A stretch of 60,389 bases of DNA, counting the filler, from Dugesia japonica (lineage: Eukaryota): the NCBI GenBank assembly GCA_001938525.1. It is 5 parts of 5 records of this genome, joined end to end, with 100 filler letters (N's around TTAATTAATTAA, not from the genome) between each part and the next. Parts side by side here need not be neighbours in the genome. Positions count along the whole stretch, not along the records: positions 8,803 to 33,204 come from MQRL01581488.1; 4 more parts are not named here. One strand, given 5' to 3'. The notes under the pieces were generated by a model, which worked only from the letters and a program-made list of their open reading frames with translations, did not search any database and was not told the origin of the DNA. This document shows, piece by piece, positions 14,021 through 27,600 of this stretch. Position 1 is the first letter of the stretch. Each line of letters opens with the position of its first letter. A program made the position numbers and the translations under genes.

Positions 14021-15639
14021 ATCAGTAAGAATTAATGGTTTTTGAAATTGATTTTGCTAAATCATATTAATTAAAATATTTCAAACAATTAAATATTATT
14101 AAATAATTGTGTTTAAACATATTAATTAAATATGGCTTGAATGGAATAATTTCATATTATTTTATCATTATTTCGCCATTTTAACAATATAAAGTAAGAT
14201 TTTATTTAATTTTACGATATTATTAATTTTATTTTAGATTATTTAGATTATATATATAATACGGAAATTTATTGTTATCAATGTTATTATAAATTTGATA
14301 AATTATGAAAATAAGTTAGATTTTATTGAAAGTAAACGGTAATGATTTTCTTAAATTGTAATAATTTTTGTAATGCTTTTATTCTAAGTTAACAATTTTT
14401 AATATTAATAATTTCTTTTAAGTTGATAAATTGATTTTCAGATGATAACTATATACATTAAAAAATATTATTGAAGTATTGGAGATATAGTAACTTATAA
14501 CGCATTATATTCATTATTATGAACTTTGATAATAAGTAAGGATTTATTTTTATTCAAATTAATCGGTAATAATTTTATTTAAATAGTAATGTTTTTAAAT
14601 GATTTAACTTTATAAACTTTTAATAATGCTTTTCTTTAATGATAATAAGTAATGATTTTCTGTAATGATTTAATTTAAAGATTTATTTAATAACAGTTGA
14701 CTTTGAATTATTTACCATTTTGAAGATCTGGGTCTAGCCAAATATTGGCGTTGTGAACTAATTGTTTGTATCTTATAAAGGTTATACAGTTATAGCAATG
14801 CATATTTGAGACCGAATGCGAGTGGTTGAAAGCATTGCTGCTAGAGATACTGTAATCGAGCTAAGTCTAGTTAAAACTACACAAACTGATCGATAAGTTT
14901 AATTATGAACGGACTCGTTTGGATGCTAACGGACTATGATAGATTCGTTCCGTCGTACGGTAAATGTCGGAGGAAGTAATGTAATCATATTGAATTCAAT
15001 CAAAACTGTTATTGAAACAATGTATGAAAATAATTTTCAATGATATTATTGATAATAAGTTTAATTCGAATGCCAATAATATACTGATTTCATTCATTAT
15101 ACTAAGACAGAATAATTTTACTTAAACATATAAATATTGAGAGTGATTTTCCTCGGGATATTAATCGTTTCTTTTGGTGAGCAGCTGATATTATTGGAAC
15201 TGTGTAAGGGGACTAAAAGCATGTAAGGCAGTGCGGAACTATCAAAAAAAATAAAAATAAGAAACATGTGAGGCAGTGCGGACCTAACATAAAAAAGGGG
15301 GAGGGAGTATAGGGGGGGCTAAAAGCATATGAGGCAGTGCGGACCTATCCTCCTACTAACAAGGCTCAATATTTGAAAGATATACATGCATTTTCTCATC
15401 GAAACTGATAGTCTAATCTAATAAATACATTTTCTACTTATGTATGTGAATTGATCGAAATCCTTAAGTTATTAAGTTAATTAAAATAAAATAAATAATT
15501 AGTTAAAATAAAAATTATCTAAATGTTCACAATTTCAAAAATTTATTAAAATCATAAATAAAACAGGAAACTGCTGAAACATTTGATAAATATCAAGGGA
15601 TTTATAAAGTTGTATTTGACTAAAAAGAAAGTTTCTATG

Positions 15640-16130
15640 TATTCTCAATTGTTGGACTTAACCATTGATCGTATTTGAGATTTCATTAAAATAAAGAAAA
15701 TGCGTCGATCAAAATAAAATGTATTAGTAAAGAAATTCAAATTTTCAACACTTGTCTTCTTCAGGAATGATGAATTTTTGATAGATTCAATAGGAATATA
15801 GATCTTTGCTACAAAATTCCTTATCTTTCGTCGCAATTTTATTGGTCTAATTAAACTATATTTTTTTTCTTTTAAAATTAAATCTCAAAACATCTTTTTT
15901 GTGCACATTTAAATATTACAATATTAAAACTCTAATTTTCTACTATTCTTTTTAAAGTTTATTAATTATTTTAATTATTTAAAATCTTTAAATCTCAAAA
16001 ATGTATTTTTTCATTATTAGGATATTACAGTATTAAAACTCAAATTTTTTAATAATATTTTAAAATATTTTAATAATTATTTTAATTGTTGAAAATCCTT
16101 GAAATTATTTTTTATAATTATTGAAAAAAA
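15640..16130 (-). repeat. Inverted Penelope pseudo-LTR upstream of the ORF
   Basis: 15875-15950 is the reverse complement of ~18040-18120, which lies just downstream of the GIY-YIG ORF. Its TTGGACTTAACCATTGATCG motif recurs at ~8970, ~51210 and, inverted, at ~19280-19310. Confidence 0.7.
15735..15768 (-). ncRNA. Minimal type I hammerhead ribozyme motif in Penelope pLTR
   Basis: Minus strand reads ATTC-CTGAAGA-A-GAC(AAGT)GTT-GAA-AATT-T-GAAT. Both catalytic boxes are intact, stem II is 3 bp, and palindromic AAUU replaces helix III. Confidence 0.75.
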
Positions 16131-16249
16131 GATTTTAATTATTGCAATTATTGAAAATCACGTTAACATTAGGTTTCTCCTATTTAATTAATATTTGTTT
16201 ATGTTGTTTTCTGTGAAGTGTAGAAATGTTGCCTAGATGGAGTATCAGA

Positions 16250-17965
16250 AACTTACAACTATAACAAGAATATTAAATTTAAAAGCATTGAAACGAAATC
16301 ATTAAAGAAATAAAAAATTTGCAATCAATCATCATCAGTCCAACAGACAACACAAATAAGTTGGTAGCTTTACCTGAACAAACATACAAGGATTTCTTAT
16401 CTGAACATCTGAATAATTATGAGACTATCATCTACAAAAGACTACCAATTACTGAAGAGAATAAATTTAATAAAGAATTGATTAAAATTGCAGAGAAATA
16501 TGAAGACNNNNNNNNNNNNNNNNNNNNNNNNNNNNNNNNNNNNNNNNNNNNNNNNNNNNNNNNNNNNNNNNNNNNNNNNNNNNNNNNNNNNNNNNNNNNN
16601 NNNNNGAAGACCTATTGTCAATGCTTCTGATACTCCATCTACATCATTATGCAAATTTATGGCAGATTATTTGAGACTAATATTGAGTTTTATTTCAGCA
16701 AATTTGAAAAATAGTTATGAATTTGTTTAACGAATTAAGAATTATGACTGGAAAAACGATAATCGATTTGGTTCATTGGATGTAAAAAATCTTTATGGAT
16801 CAATTCCCATTGAAGGACCAAAAATTTTTATTGATATTGTAAGTGATTTCTTTGAGAGATATAAAGAACATACAGATATTCCTGAAATCAATAAAAAAAT
16901 ATTTCAGATCTCTTATCAATTTGTGTCTGTTCTCTGACAGCATTTTTTAACGATAAACAACTTTTTAAACAAAAAAGTGGTCTGGCAATGGGTAACAATT
17001 TGTCTCCTATTTTAGCGATAATTTTTATGAACTTCATTAAAAATAAAACTATTCTCAAAGCTTAAAAGAATATGCATTTATGGTTCATATATATAGACGA
17101 TATTTTCTTTGTTACTTATTCTCTTTTAGAAAGTATTTTTGACCTAGTCAATAGTATTAATAATAACATCAAATTCACTTTAGAGAAGTCAATCGACTTT
17201 CAGATTCTTTTTCTGGACACCTTAATCCAAAAAAAACCTGGTGAATTATTAACTACCCAGTTATATATGAAAATATTTCACAGTGGACATATATTACCCC
17301 AGAATAGTAATACTGCAATTAGACAGAAAATTAGAATAATCAAGGGTGAAAGAATAAGAGCTGAAAGACTATCTTCAAATGAAGAAATGAGATTGACTTT
17401 TCTCAAGTTAATAAAATTTTTTTAAATAATGGTTATCCAAATAGAATTGTATCTAAATATCTATCCTTAAATACAGAATTTAATAAAATCAAACAAAAGA
17501 CAAACACAGTAATTAAATGGCCTTTTATTATTGAGAAATGTAGCCAAATCATGCAAAATATAATAAAAAATCGACACTCAAACACAATCCAAAAACTCCA
17601 AACACGTATCCCATTACAGACACCAAGACAGAATTTTTCTGATCCAAAATGCATTTGTGATGGTAGAAATATATGCAATAAAAAATATTACTTTCAAAAT
17701 AACATGCAATTTATGTAAGGATACATATATAGGAGAATCATTCAGAACCATCCGCACAAGAATTAAAGAACATCTCAAACAGAAAGAAAGGGAAATCTTC
17801 AAACACTTTCAAAACAAACATAATTTTTTACCAGAAAATCATCATATTATATGGAAACATTAGGAACAGGCAACATTTCTACACTTCACAGAAAAAAACA
17901 TGAACAACTATTAATTAAAGAGAAGAATCCTAAGATTAACGTGATATTCAATAATTACAATAATT
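16250..17965 (+). mobile_element. Penelope-like retroelement (RT + GIY-YIG endonuclease), pseudogenised
   Basis: RT motifs RPIVN, SLDVKNLYGSIP, GLAMGNNLSPILA, YIDDIF, IKFTLE and FLDTLI. C-terminal FKITCNLCKDTYIGESFRTIRTRIKEH is a GIY-YIG domain. Stops and frameshifts are present. Confidence 0.93.
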
Positions 17966-20539
17966 AAAATAATTTAAAATTTTTTCAATAATTAAAATTT
18001 TTAAAGATTTTTTTCAAAAAAAATAAATAATAAAATATTTAAAAAAATTAGTAAAAAATTAGAGTTTTAATTTTTGAATATTTTAATGTTAATAAAAAAG
18101 ATGTTTTGAGATTTAAAATTTGAATTTCTTTACAAATACATTTTATTTTGATTGAAGGTTTTTTTATTTTAATTAAATTTTCATATATTGTTTTAATTAT
18201 GTATCGTTGTTTAAAGTAAATTAAAATGTCTTAAATTAATAGTTGTGATTTTGAATGTTTACCTAATGTTTACCTTTAGAATATTTACCTAATATGGCGG
18301 CAGCGGTAAATACAGATTCAATTACAGATAGATTCTTACCAAATGTATTCTGTAGAGGAGATGACATTACAAAATTTACAAAGCCCTGTGAATTATATTT
18401 TGATGCTAAAAGCATTCCCCAGAAAAACAACAGGAAAGATAAGTTTCTTGTTTGTTAGATGACGATTTTCGGAAAACATATGCAGAGATGAAAAAAATGA
18501 GTGAAGAATTTCAAGCTCGTTTGCGTTTGGCATTTGATAAATTGAAAGATGTTTTAAAATGTTTTCAAAATTTTATTAATACCTGCATGAAAATGAGGAG
18601 ATTAAAGTTTATTTTAAAAATGTTAAGAATTTAGTAAAAAGATTAATTACAAATAAAGATTTTACAGAGGCAATTTTAATAGCAAAGATGCTATATTATA
18701 ATAAAGTTGAAGAAGAAGTAACTTTGCATAAACGACAGAATACAGAATAAATTAAATAAACAGGTTATTTTTTTGTGTTCAACCACCAGGAAAAGTTTTA
18801 TTTAAAAAGTCTTAAACAATTTTCTCCAATTATGCGGTGTGCAATTCTGCTGAAAGATAATATTATGCTGTAGCTCTTTCAATTGTGCATTCATTGCACA
18901 ATAAATATTATATAATATAAATATAAATATAATATTAAATAAATATTATATAATATATAATAAATATTTAATTAACTTATATTATCTTCTTAAAATTGCT
19001 TTAATTCTTTATAAACACATTGTATACAAATTTAGTTTATTTTTTTAGACCATTATGGAATTTTAAAACTACTAAAATTTCACATAAAAACTGTTATTTT
19101 TGACGGATCATATCTTAGTAAGTAAATATTTTTAAACTGCAATTATCATTTGCTTTTAATTATATTAGAAATTTCTTTAAAATAAAAGCTTCGATCAAAA
19201 ATTTTTTTTTTTAACTATTTCAATTTCAAAATACAATGAAAAACAAAAGCAATTTGATTGTAGTTTTTTTAAAATAAAATCTCAAGAAGAATCAATAGTT
19301 AAGTCCAATAATTATTCTCGAAATAAGTTTAATTATAGAACTTTCGGTTAAAAATGTTTAGTAACAAAATTTAAGTAACATTGTTATGTTTCAATAAGAA
19401 TTTACTCTATATAGAATAAATGTAAAATCAATTACAATTATTGGAAGAAGAATTTTTGAACTTTGAGATTTCATCAAATTAGAAGCTTCGATCAAAATAT
19501 TGTGTTTTTTATATTTTTGTTTATAGTTTTTTAGTTGGTGTTAATATTTCAAAATTTCAACCTTTTTCTTCTTCAGAAATTTAACGTTTTAATTGATTTA
19601 ATCAATATTAGAAAATTTTCAAAATTGTTTGGATTTTATTGAAATTCTATTGGATAGTTTTAATTTGATTTTATTATCCAATAAAATTTCAATAAAATGC
19701 AAACAATTTCATTTTATAATATTGAAAATTCGAAAATTGAACACTAATAACAACTGAAAAATTATAGAAAATATATAAAAAAAACACAGTATTTTGATTT
19801 TAGCTTTGAATTTAATGAAAGGTAAAATCTGTTTGAATAAAGAAGGATATTTTATTGTTTTATGACTTTATTTAATAATTTTCGAATTATGATAACCTTT
19901 CAAATATTACAATGAGTTCGAGTAATTCATTTATTGAATGAAATATTGACTTCTTTGCGTTGCTCTAAAATCAATTAGGTATATTTATAAATTCATTTAA
20001 AATTTCTATTAAATTGACATAAAAATCAATAATTAATTTAGAAAATTTCATTGAAAATCATTGAAATTCAATGACTGCTTGATTCTCAGACTTATAAATC
20101 AATAATAAATTGTTTGAGAATATATTTTGATATTTTCTGACCAAATGACTATTTTACACAGATTTTTTACAGATTAGAAAAGCAACATTAAAATTTTAGG
20201 TAAAAAAAATTGTATAATTTATATTAGAATTTCTATCTTTTGTCTTTACAAAGAATTAATATTCTGAACCATTTTTTAAAATTGTTTTATTAATTAATGT
20301 GGTAGTTAAGGATTGTAAAATCTGGCAGATGAAAACAGAGAACCTTGATATCTGTGATGATAATGAAAGTTGAGACCCGGTTCACAAAACTCTTAAAGAA
20401 CCAGATTTTCAGTATTCTAAGAATTTCAATTATTTGAAAATTAATAAATTTTTAAAATATTTACAAGATTTTGCAGAAATATATTTGCTAAGTTTTAAAA
20501 TATATTTAAAATTTGTTTGAATTTACATGAAACAGCAAC

Positions 20540-20830
20540 AAAAAATCTTGGAACTCATCAAATTTGTAGCAGGGAAATTCAATTTGTTTGGAATGAGAAC
20601 TTAGTCTTCCTTGATAAAATCGGTACGAATATGCAACTATCAATAATTATGGTTATTCACAAAAAAATGTGAAAGCTTATAAAATTATAAAGACCAATAG
20701 AGGTATACTAATCAGCTGCATGGTTGCTATAAACAAAAGTGACCAGATTCAAGATGGATCATTTGGATTGATGGAATATTTGATCTTCTTATATTTTGAA
20801 CATTTTACAAGATTATTTTTCTAAATATAT
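20540..20830 (+). pseudogene. IS630/Tc1-like transposase fragment
   Basis: NLVFLDKIGTNMQLS.NYGYSQKNVKAYKIIKTNRG..ISCMVAINK resembles the first catalytic Asp region of Tc1/IS630-type DDE transposases. Confidence 0.6.
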
Positions 20831-21172
20831 TTTTAAGCGTTTTAAATATAATTCTGTCAAAACCATTAATTCTAATACAAAAGTATTATGACATTTGGTG
20901 GGAAATAATTCTTATTAATAGTATTTATTTTCAAAAATTCTATTATTGTATGTCAAAACACATTATTTATATTTATGTTTTTCAAATGAAACTGAAAGTA
21001 CATGATGTTATTGAAAAATATTTACCTGCTTTCCTTGAAAATAAGACCAAATCTTATTTTGAAGGAAAACCGGTTTTTACTTACAAAAACCATTTTAAAA
21101 CAAGAAATAAAAAAATAATAAATTGTCTATATGTCAAAGAAAATCTGTCAGTTAGAAACTCTTAATTCAAAT

Positions 21173-21345
21173 TTATACCATTTTGAGATATACCAGAAAT
21201 TCGAAAAGATTGCACCACATCTGCATCTTGAATTTACAGGACTGATTGTGAATAAACCTTGTTTTCTGATAACCAGTCATTAATACTTCTGAATTTTTCT
21301 CACCTTTAAATGAGATCAGTGTTTCATCCATATTATATATATATA
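21173..21345 (-). pseudogene. pogo/Tigger-like transposase fragment
   Basis: YNMDET...KGEK...TGYQKTRF matches the pogo DDE N-terminal motif. Confidence 0.5.
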
Positions 21346-22043
21346 TATATATATATTTGAATATATTTGAATATAAAATATTTAACACATGAGATAAATA
21401 GAGGTTGCTAACAATTTTGAAAGAAAATTGAGTTATTTTAAAATTTTATGGGATTCGATCTCAAACCCTCTGTTGATAGCAATAATAAAAAGTTAATGTG
21501 CGACCAGTAGGATTTTGATGTGACCAAATCACTTGATTTGAAAATCATTCTTGAATTTTATTAGTTGAAATATTTTATTTGAAACATTTGTAAAAGTCAA
21601 CTTTGAGTGTGCTGAAATATAATTTGTTGATGCAGTTATTTTTAGAGATTTTTGTAAAAGTAAAAAGAAGAAATGTATTGATAGAATTGATAGAGTTATT
21701 TGTGTTAATAGAATAAAGATTATTAGAGAAAAGTCTATCATGATTTAATTCCATTCAAATAAAGTAATTATCATTTAGTTTTGAAAATGTTTTGTCACAG
21801 AGTCGCAACCTATTAGATCAGAACCAGATTATTAACGAAATTAGAGCTCAAGTGTCGTGTATACCCAGACAATTTTAAAATATTAAAATTTAAATATTAC
21901 ATTTAACAAACATGTGATTATTAATACCAATTTAAGTTTTATAAAACTCATACTCAAACAATACATATTAAACATTTTACCCTAAAATTAAGGATTTTCA
22001 AAAAATGAAAAAAAATTCATTGTTTAAAATCCGCCATTAGGTG

Positions 22044-22421
22044 TATCAATCAAGCAGTATCAATATTGCGGTATCAACCAAGCAGTATCAATCCAGCAGT
22101 ATCAATCAAACGGTATTAATCAAGCGTTATTAATCCAGCAGTATCAATCAAGCGTTATTAATCAAGCAGTATCAATCAAGCGGTATCAATCAAGCAGTAT
22201 CAATCAAGCGGTATCAATCAAGCAGTATCAATCAAGCAATATTAATCAAACGGTATTAATCAAGCGTTATTAATCCAGCAGTATCAATCAAGCGTTATTA
22301 ATCAAGCAGTATCAATCAAGCGGTATCAATCAAGCAGTATCAATCAAGCAATATTAATCAAGCGGTATCAATCAAGCAGTATTAATCAAGCAGTATCAAT
22401 CAAGCAGTATTAATCAAGCAA
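22044..22421 (+). repeat. 14-bp minisatellite (ATCAATCAAGCAGT), ~27 copies
   Basis: Directly visible tandem array. Variant units recur with a 140-bp period. Confidence 0.95.
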
Positions 22422-22619
22422 TTAAACTAAATAATTTTTACTGTAATTTTATTATCATTACATTATCACTTAAATAATTTACTAATTCAGTAATATAATT
22501 ACATCATTTTAATACTGAATTTTTCTGTTATTAGAAATTTAGGTTTATTATAAAATATATTTAACATCATTAACAATAAATATTTCAAAAAAATGTTCCA
22601 ATATTCCCATTTATTTTTC

Positions 22620-23720
22620 TAATTTTTTTACCACGAAGTATTGATTTACCAATTTGGCAGTTGTCCTGTAAGCTTTTATGGAAATATTTATAGTTTTTAA
22701 TATTAACTTTTAATATAAAGATAACTTGCAACTTTTGCAATTATTTTATCATTATTCACAACATTTTCTACAATAAGTTCTCTCATTTCATTGGTTAAAC
22801 AGAATATTTCATTGAAGGCTGTTGCTTTGGAATGATTTGACGTAATTAATTTTTATGTTGCAGCTTCAACCCCTATATTTCTTAACTTATCTTTATAAGG
22901 ACTAAATAAAACTTCTTTCAAACAAAAAATATCGCTATCTACACTCGCTAAAACAATTACTTCCTCTTTTCTCAAAATTGTAACAGTATTGTCTGATATA
23001 ACTCTTACTGTACACATTTGAGGTCCATTCACACTTCTCACACTATTATCAGATACAGTGGTCTTTATTTTTCCGTTAGCTCTCTTATTTTGGATATGAA
23101 AGGTATTTTTATTTCATCTACAGATATACAGTCTAGTTTTGGTTAAAATCGAAATGTTCATCTTTTTCATATCTCTTATTCCTATTATGACTTTTGGGAA
23201 AAATTTATCTACAAAAGTCATCCTAATTCTATTACTTTTAATTCCTAAAGTTTCATTTATAAAAGAATATGCAAAAACCTTAATAGCAGATTCATTTGCA
23301 CATGTTAACGTCTTATTTGATCGAAACAGCTTGACTTTTTCTTTATCTCGGATCATTTGAAATAGTTTTAAATCCATTATGCTGATTTCTGCTTCTGAAT
23401 CTATAAAAATTTTCACTTCTTTGTGTTCTACTTTGCCCTTGATTATCGGTTTGTTTGCTGAGGGTTTGCTTCTTGTATCTGATATCATTTTTCTTTGTGA
23501 ATTGGAAGTTTGTGTCTTGAAATTAAGATATACGTCCGGATTTGTTAGTTTGTTACTATTTCAAGTTATATGAACTTCCCATTGCAATTATTACATTTTA
23601 TTTCTTGTTTGATTTTTTTAAACTGGAAACTTTGGATAATCTGTTTCGTGGTTTCTTTCTTAATACTTTAAGTTCCTCCAGCAATGATTTGTAAAGCCCT
23701 ATTATTGATAAGCAAAAAAG
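22620..23720 (-). pseudogene. Ty3/gypsy gag/aspartic protease remnant
   Basis: ORF 23114-23488 has IFIDSEAEISIM (degenerate DSGA) and VIIGIRDM, the retropepsin signatures. Confidence 0.75.
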
Positions 23721-24686
23721 TAACTTGGGAAACTAAAATATATTTAAAAACTGCATTAATTAATTAATATTATTAGAACACATCACATATTGCTTGCAGT
23801 AAATTAAGTAATATTTTAATTAATAGTAATTATTTATTTGAAATTTAAATTAATTACAAAGTTTAATTTAAAAAAATTTTTTTATTAAAAAAATTAATTT
23901 ATACACTTTGATATCTTACAGAAAACAAATATTAATCTACTAAAAATATAAAATGAAACCTATAATCAAATTATAATTAAAAAAAACATAAATAAAATGC
24001 TTGTAATTACTAAAATCTATCAATTATTATCACAAAATATTTTTTGTAAATTATTTTCTAATTAATTTTGAGAAAAATATTTAATAAAAATTGTCCATTC
24101 ATAGTAGAATTCTAGAATTATTAGATGTTATTTTCAATCATTGAGACAACAATCCAGTCTGTTGTCTTGTCATTGGGTTTAATTGACAACGCTCTATTTA
24201 ATTAATGACAATTTTTCTGTTCATCAAGCAGTCAAAGGAAATCTCAGTGAAAAATTTCGTAATTCTCAGCAACAATGGATTATTAAATTGTAACACACAA
24301 TTTGTTACAGTTCAGTGATTAAGAGAATCGGATAAGTGGAACTGATTTGCTATCAAGTTGAATTTTACTGTGTCCTAATTCTGCATCAACTTAAATGGAA
24401 TAAAATGTTTTTGTATTGTTCATATTTTTTATTAATAAAATAATGTTTTAAAATTTGAATGAAAATTAAAATTAATAATAAATTAACTCATGAATTCTTT
24501 TATTGATGATTAATAATAATAATAATGATAATAATAATAATTAATACATAGTAATAATAATAATAAATAATAATAAAAAAAATATTAATAATAATAATGT
24601 TAATAATAATAGTATATATTAATTATTAATAATAATTAATAATAATAAAATTAATAGTTATAATTATAATAATAATTAATAATAAT

Positions 24687-27600
24687 AGTTACAATATCCT
24701 TGTCTTCTATCATATTACAATAATAACTAAGATTAGAAACTTTATTAAATATAAATTATAATGTTAATTCGTATTATTCAAACAACGTTATTTAGAATTT
24801 CCATAACTCCTCTCCTTCAAAACGTTTTCCATCTTTTTACCCATTCTATTCTTCTGGTTTTTAAACCATTTGGAAACTTAATTTAAACTTGATGTGCTGA
24901 TACAAATACCACTATCTGATATGGGCCTTCATACAGCAAATGGTTTTTCTTTTGTTTGTGTGGTTCTACTCTGACTAATACCTCTCCCTCTTTAAAGTAT
25001 CTTTGTCCTCGTTTATCTTTTTCGAAATTTTCTATTTTCTGAGCTGCATTCTCCAAATTCTGTCGCACTATCTCTTCTCTGTCTGTCCTTCCTTTTGAGA
25101 GCAATTCCTATTTTGGTATGCAGATTTATCTTGCAATTAAATACGATTTTGAAAGGAGAGAATTTTGTTGATTCTTGTATTTTAGCATTAATACTAAATT
25201 TTACTCTCGGTAATAATGTCTCCTAATCTCTCTCATTATATTTCTCTTTTATTGATATCGTAATCATATCTCTCACTGTTCGGATCATCTGTTCTACCAA
25301 ACCGTTCGACTGGGTTTGATACGGGGAACTAAATTCCTGTACAATTCCAAATTTTCCTAGTTTCTTTGCCATCACTTGACTTTCAAACACTTTACCTCTG
25401 TCAGTCAGAATGTATTTTGGTTTGCCAAAACGGTGTATCCATTTGTTCAAAATTATCATAAAAATCGTCTCTTCATCCATTTTTGAAACTGCAGATAAGC
25501 TGACTAGTTTGCTACAACGATCAATAATTACCACTATATATTTCTTTCCAGGCTTGCTCTGTTCCATGTAGGCTATGTCCACTACGATTTGTTCTAAAAG
25601 ATTTTGGCTTCTCCACGGTATAAGTGTTTCTTCTGTACGCCTCTGAACTACTTTCCTTTTGGCATACATCTCGGATATATCAATACTTGTATTAATTGTC
25701 TCGCGCATCCCTGGTCAGAAATAACCATCTTGTACGTATGCAATTAACTTTTCCTTCTCACATGACATAAATATTTTTGAATTTCTTTTATCACTTTATC
25801 AACTATGCTTGTTGGAACTACTAACAAAAATTTATTTCTTCTTTCCACTACTAACAAATCATCCACCATTTTCAATTCGTATTTCAGTTTATTCCAGTAA
25901 TTTCCTTGATCACTCTTTTTAGTCTCTAAACCTTCTTCTTGCAACATTGCTACACAACTTTGTATTTCTGAATCTTCTGTCTGAATCTGTCAAATTATAT
26001 CGGTATCATGTTGAATTCCATTGATGTGTTTCACTCGCTCCTTTTCTCCTTTTGCGTCTATGTTTTTCATGCTACATTGTGAACATAAACTCACCTTTAG
26101 CCTCGAAAACTCATCCGCATTGCTGTGTTCTTCGCCTTTTCTATACTTGAGTTCAAAATCATACTTTCCTAAATTCGCCATCCACATCTGGAATTGTGGA
26201 CTGATTGGTTTCTTTGTGTTGTTCAGAAATACCAATGCTTTGTGGTCCGTTCTTACTAGATATTTTTTTCCATACACATATTGTTTGAAATGTTATACAA
26301 ATTCGTGTATAGTTAATAGTTCTTTCCTTGTCACACAGTATCATTTTTCATGAGCTGTCAAATGTCTGGATCCATATGCTATCACCACTACCTTTTTTTC
26401 TTCGCGTTGATTAAAGAATGCACCGATGGCCCAAAACTAGCATCAGTGTCCCAAATGAACATCTAATTCTCGCTGGGATATTCTAATACTTGAGCACTAC
26501 ATAGCTTGTCTTTTAACGCATTTGAACTGTTCTGGCATGCTTCTGTCTAGACTAACGGTTTGTTGCAACCTAAAGTTGCTTCATATAAAGGAGCTATTAT
26601 TTTTGCATAATCTTTTATGAAACGTCTGTAGTAGTTTGTTAGTCCAAGAAACGAACGGAGTTTTGAAAACCACCTGCAACTATAGCATTCTTAATCTCCT
26701 GAATCTTAACTTCATTAGTGCGTATACCACTGCACTAACTGTATATTCCAAGAATAACACTTCTTTCTGATAAAACTTACATTTCTTCGGGTTTATTCTT
26801 AACCTCGAGTCTCTGATTCTGTAAAAGACTGTCTCTAACATTTTGTTGTACACCAGAATATCGTCCAGATATACAATAACTCCTTTGAAAAATAATCCCC
26901 CCCAATAGCTCGTGCATTAAATTTTGAAAAGTTTCCGGTGCTGTAACTAATCCAAAAGGCATTCGGTTAAATCTTAACTGCCCTTCCTTTGTACTGAAAG
27001 CAGTGACATCCCTTGATTTTTCTAATAACTTCACTTGGTAATAAGCTTGGCTCAGAACAATCAATGAAAATACTTTTGAACCAGATAAACAATCTAATAA
27101 CAACTGTGTTCTATCTTCCATCATCGTTGGTTGTGTGTTCTTCTCATGTACTCTTTTTACTGGTAAATTATTTAAACGCACTTTATGTCTATCCTCTTCA
27201 ACTCTATTTATGTACGATTTCACTACATTTGCCTAACATTTTTTGTATCATACAGATATCTTTCATTTTGGCGATTCATTGATTATGTTCCTTATCCTCG
27301 TAAATCTTTGCTAGGGATCTCATTTTCGTGATCTTGATATCAAGACGTGTTGTCAATGTTTCTCTCAACTTTGTATTTTTAACCGTCTTTGAGAGTACGG
27401 CATTAATTATTTCATCTTTACTTAGTCCTGAATTCATGACATTATCTATCAGATTTCTTACTCTGATTTCGAATGTTGCGAATCTTTCTTTGGTCTCTTA
27501 TTTTGTCATTGTTAATTCTAAAATTAACTCTGAAAACAATTTTTTTTATCATCTTTTAGCTTCATCCGTTGTGATCTCAGTCTTTTTAAAATCTTTCCAA

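Larger units (their letters stand above)
10078..15350. mobile_element. 5.3-kb non-coding foldback-like element with modular inverted repeats and internal degenerate minisatellites
   Basis: ATAGGTCCGCACTGCCTCA at 10078 is inverted at 15330-15348. This motif occurs twice on the left and three times on the right. A second ~213-bp inverted pair lies at 10671-10883 / 14993-15204. The ORF track lists no ORF in the interval. Confidence 0.8.

Noticed and set aside
18290-18640. PBS-like TGGCGGCAGCGG followed by a short helical ORF (possible gag start)
   Set aside because: No identifiable LTR pair or gag motif.
22044-22421. Possible CRISPR array
   Set aside because: Units are head-to-tail with no unique spacers, there are no cas genes, and the context is eukaryotic.
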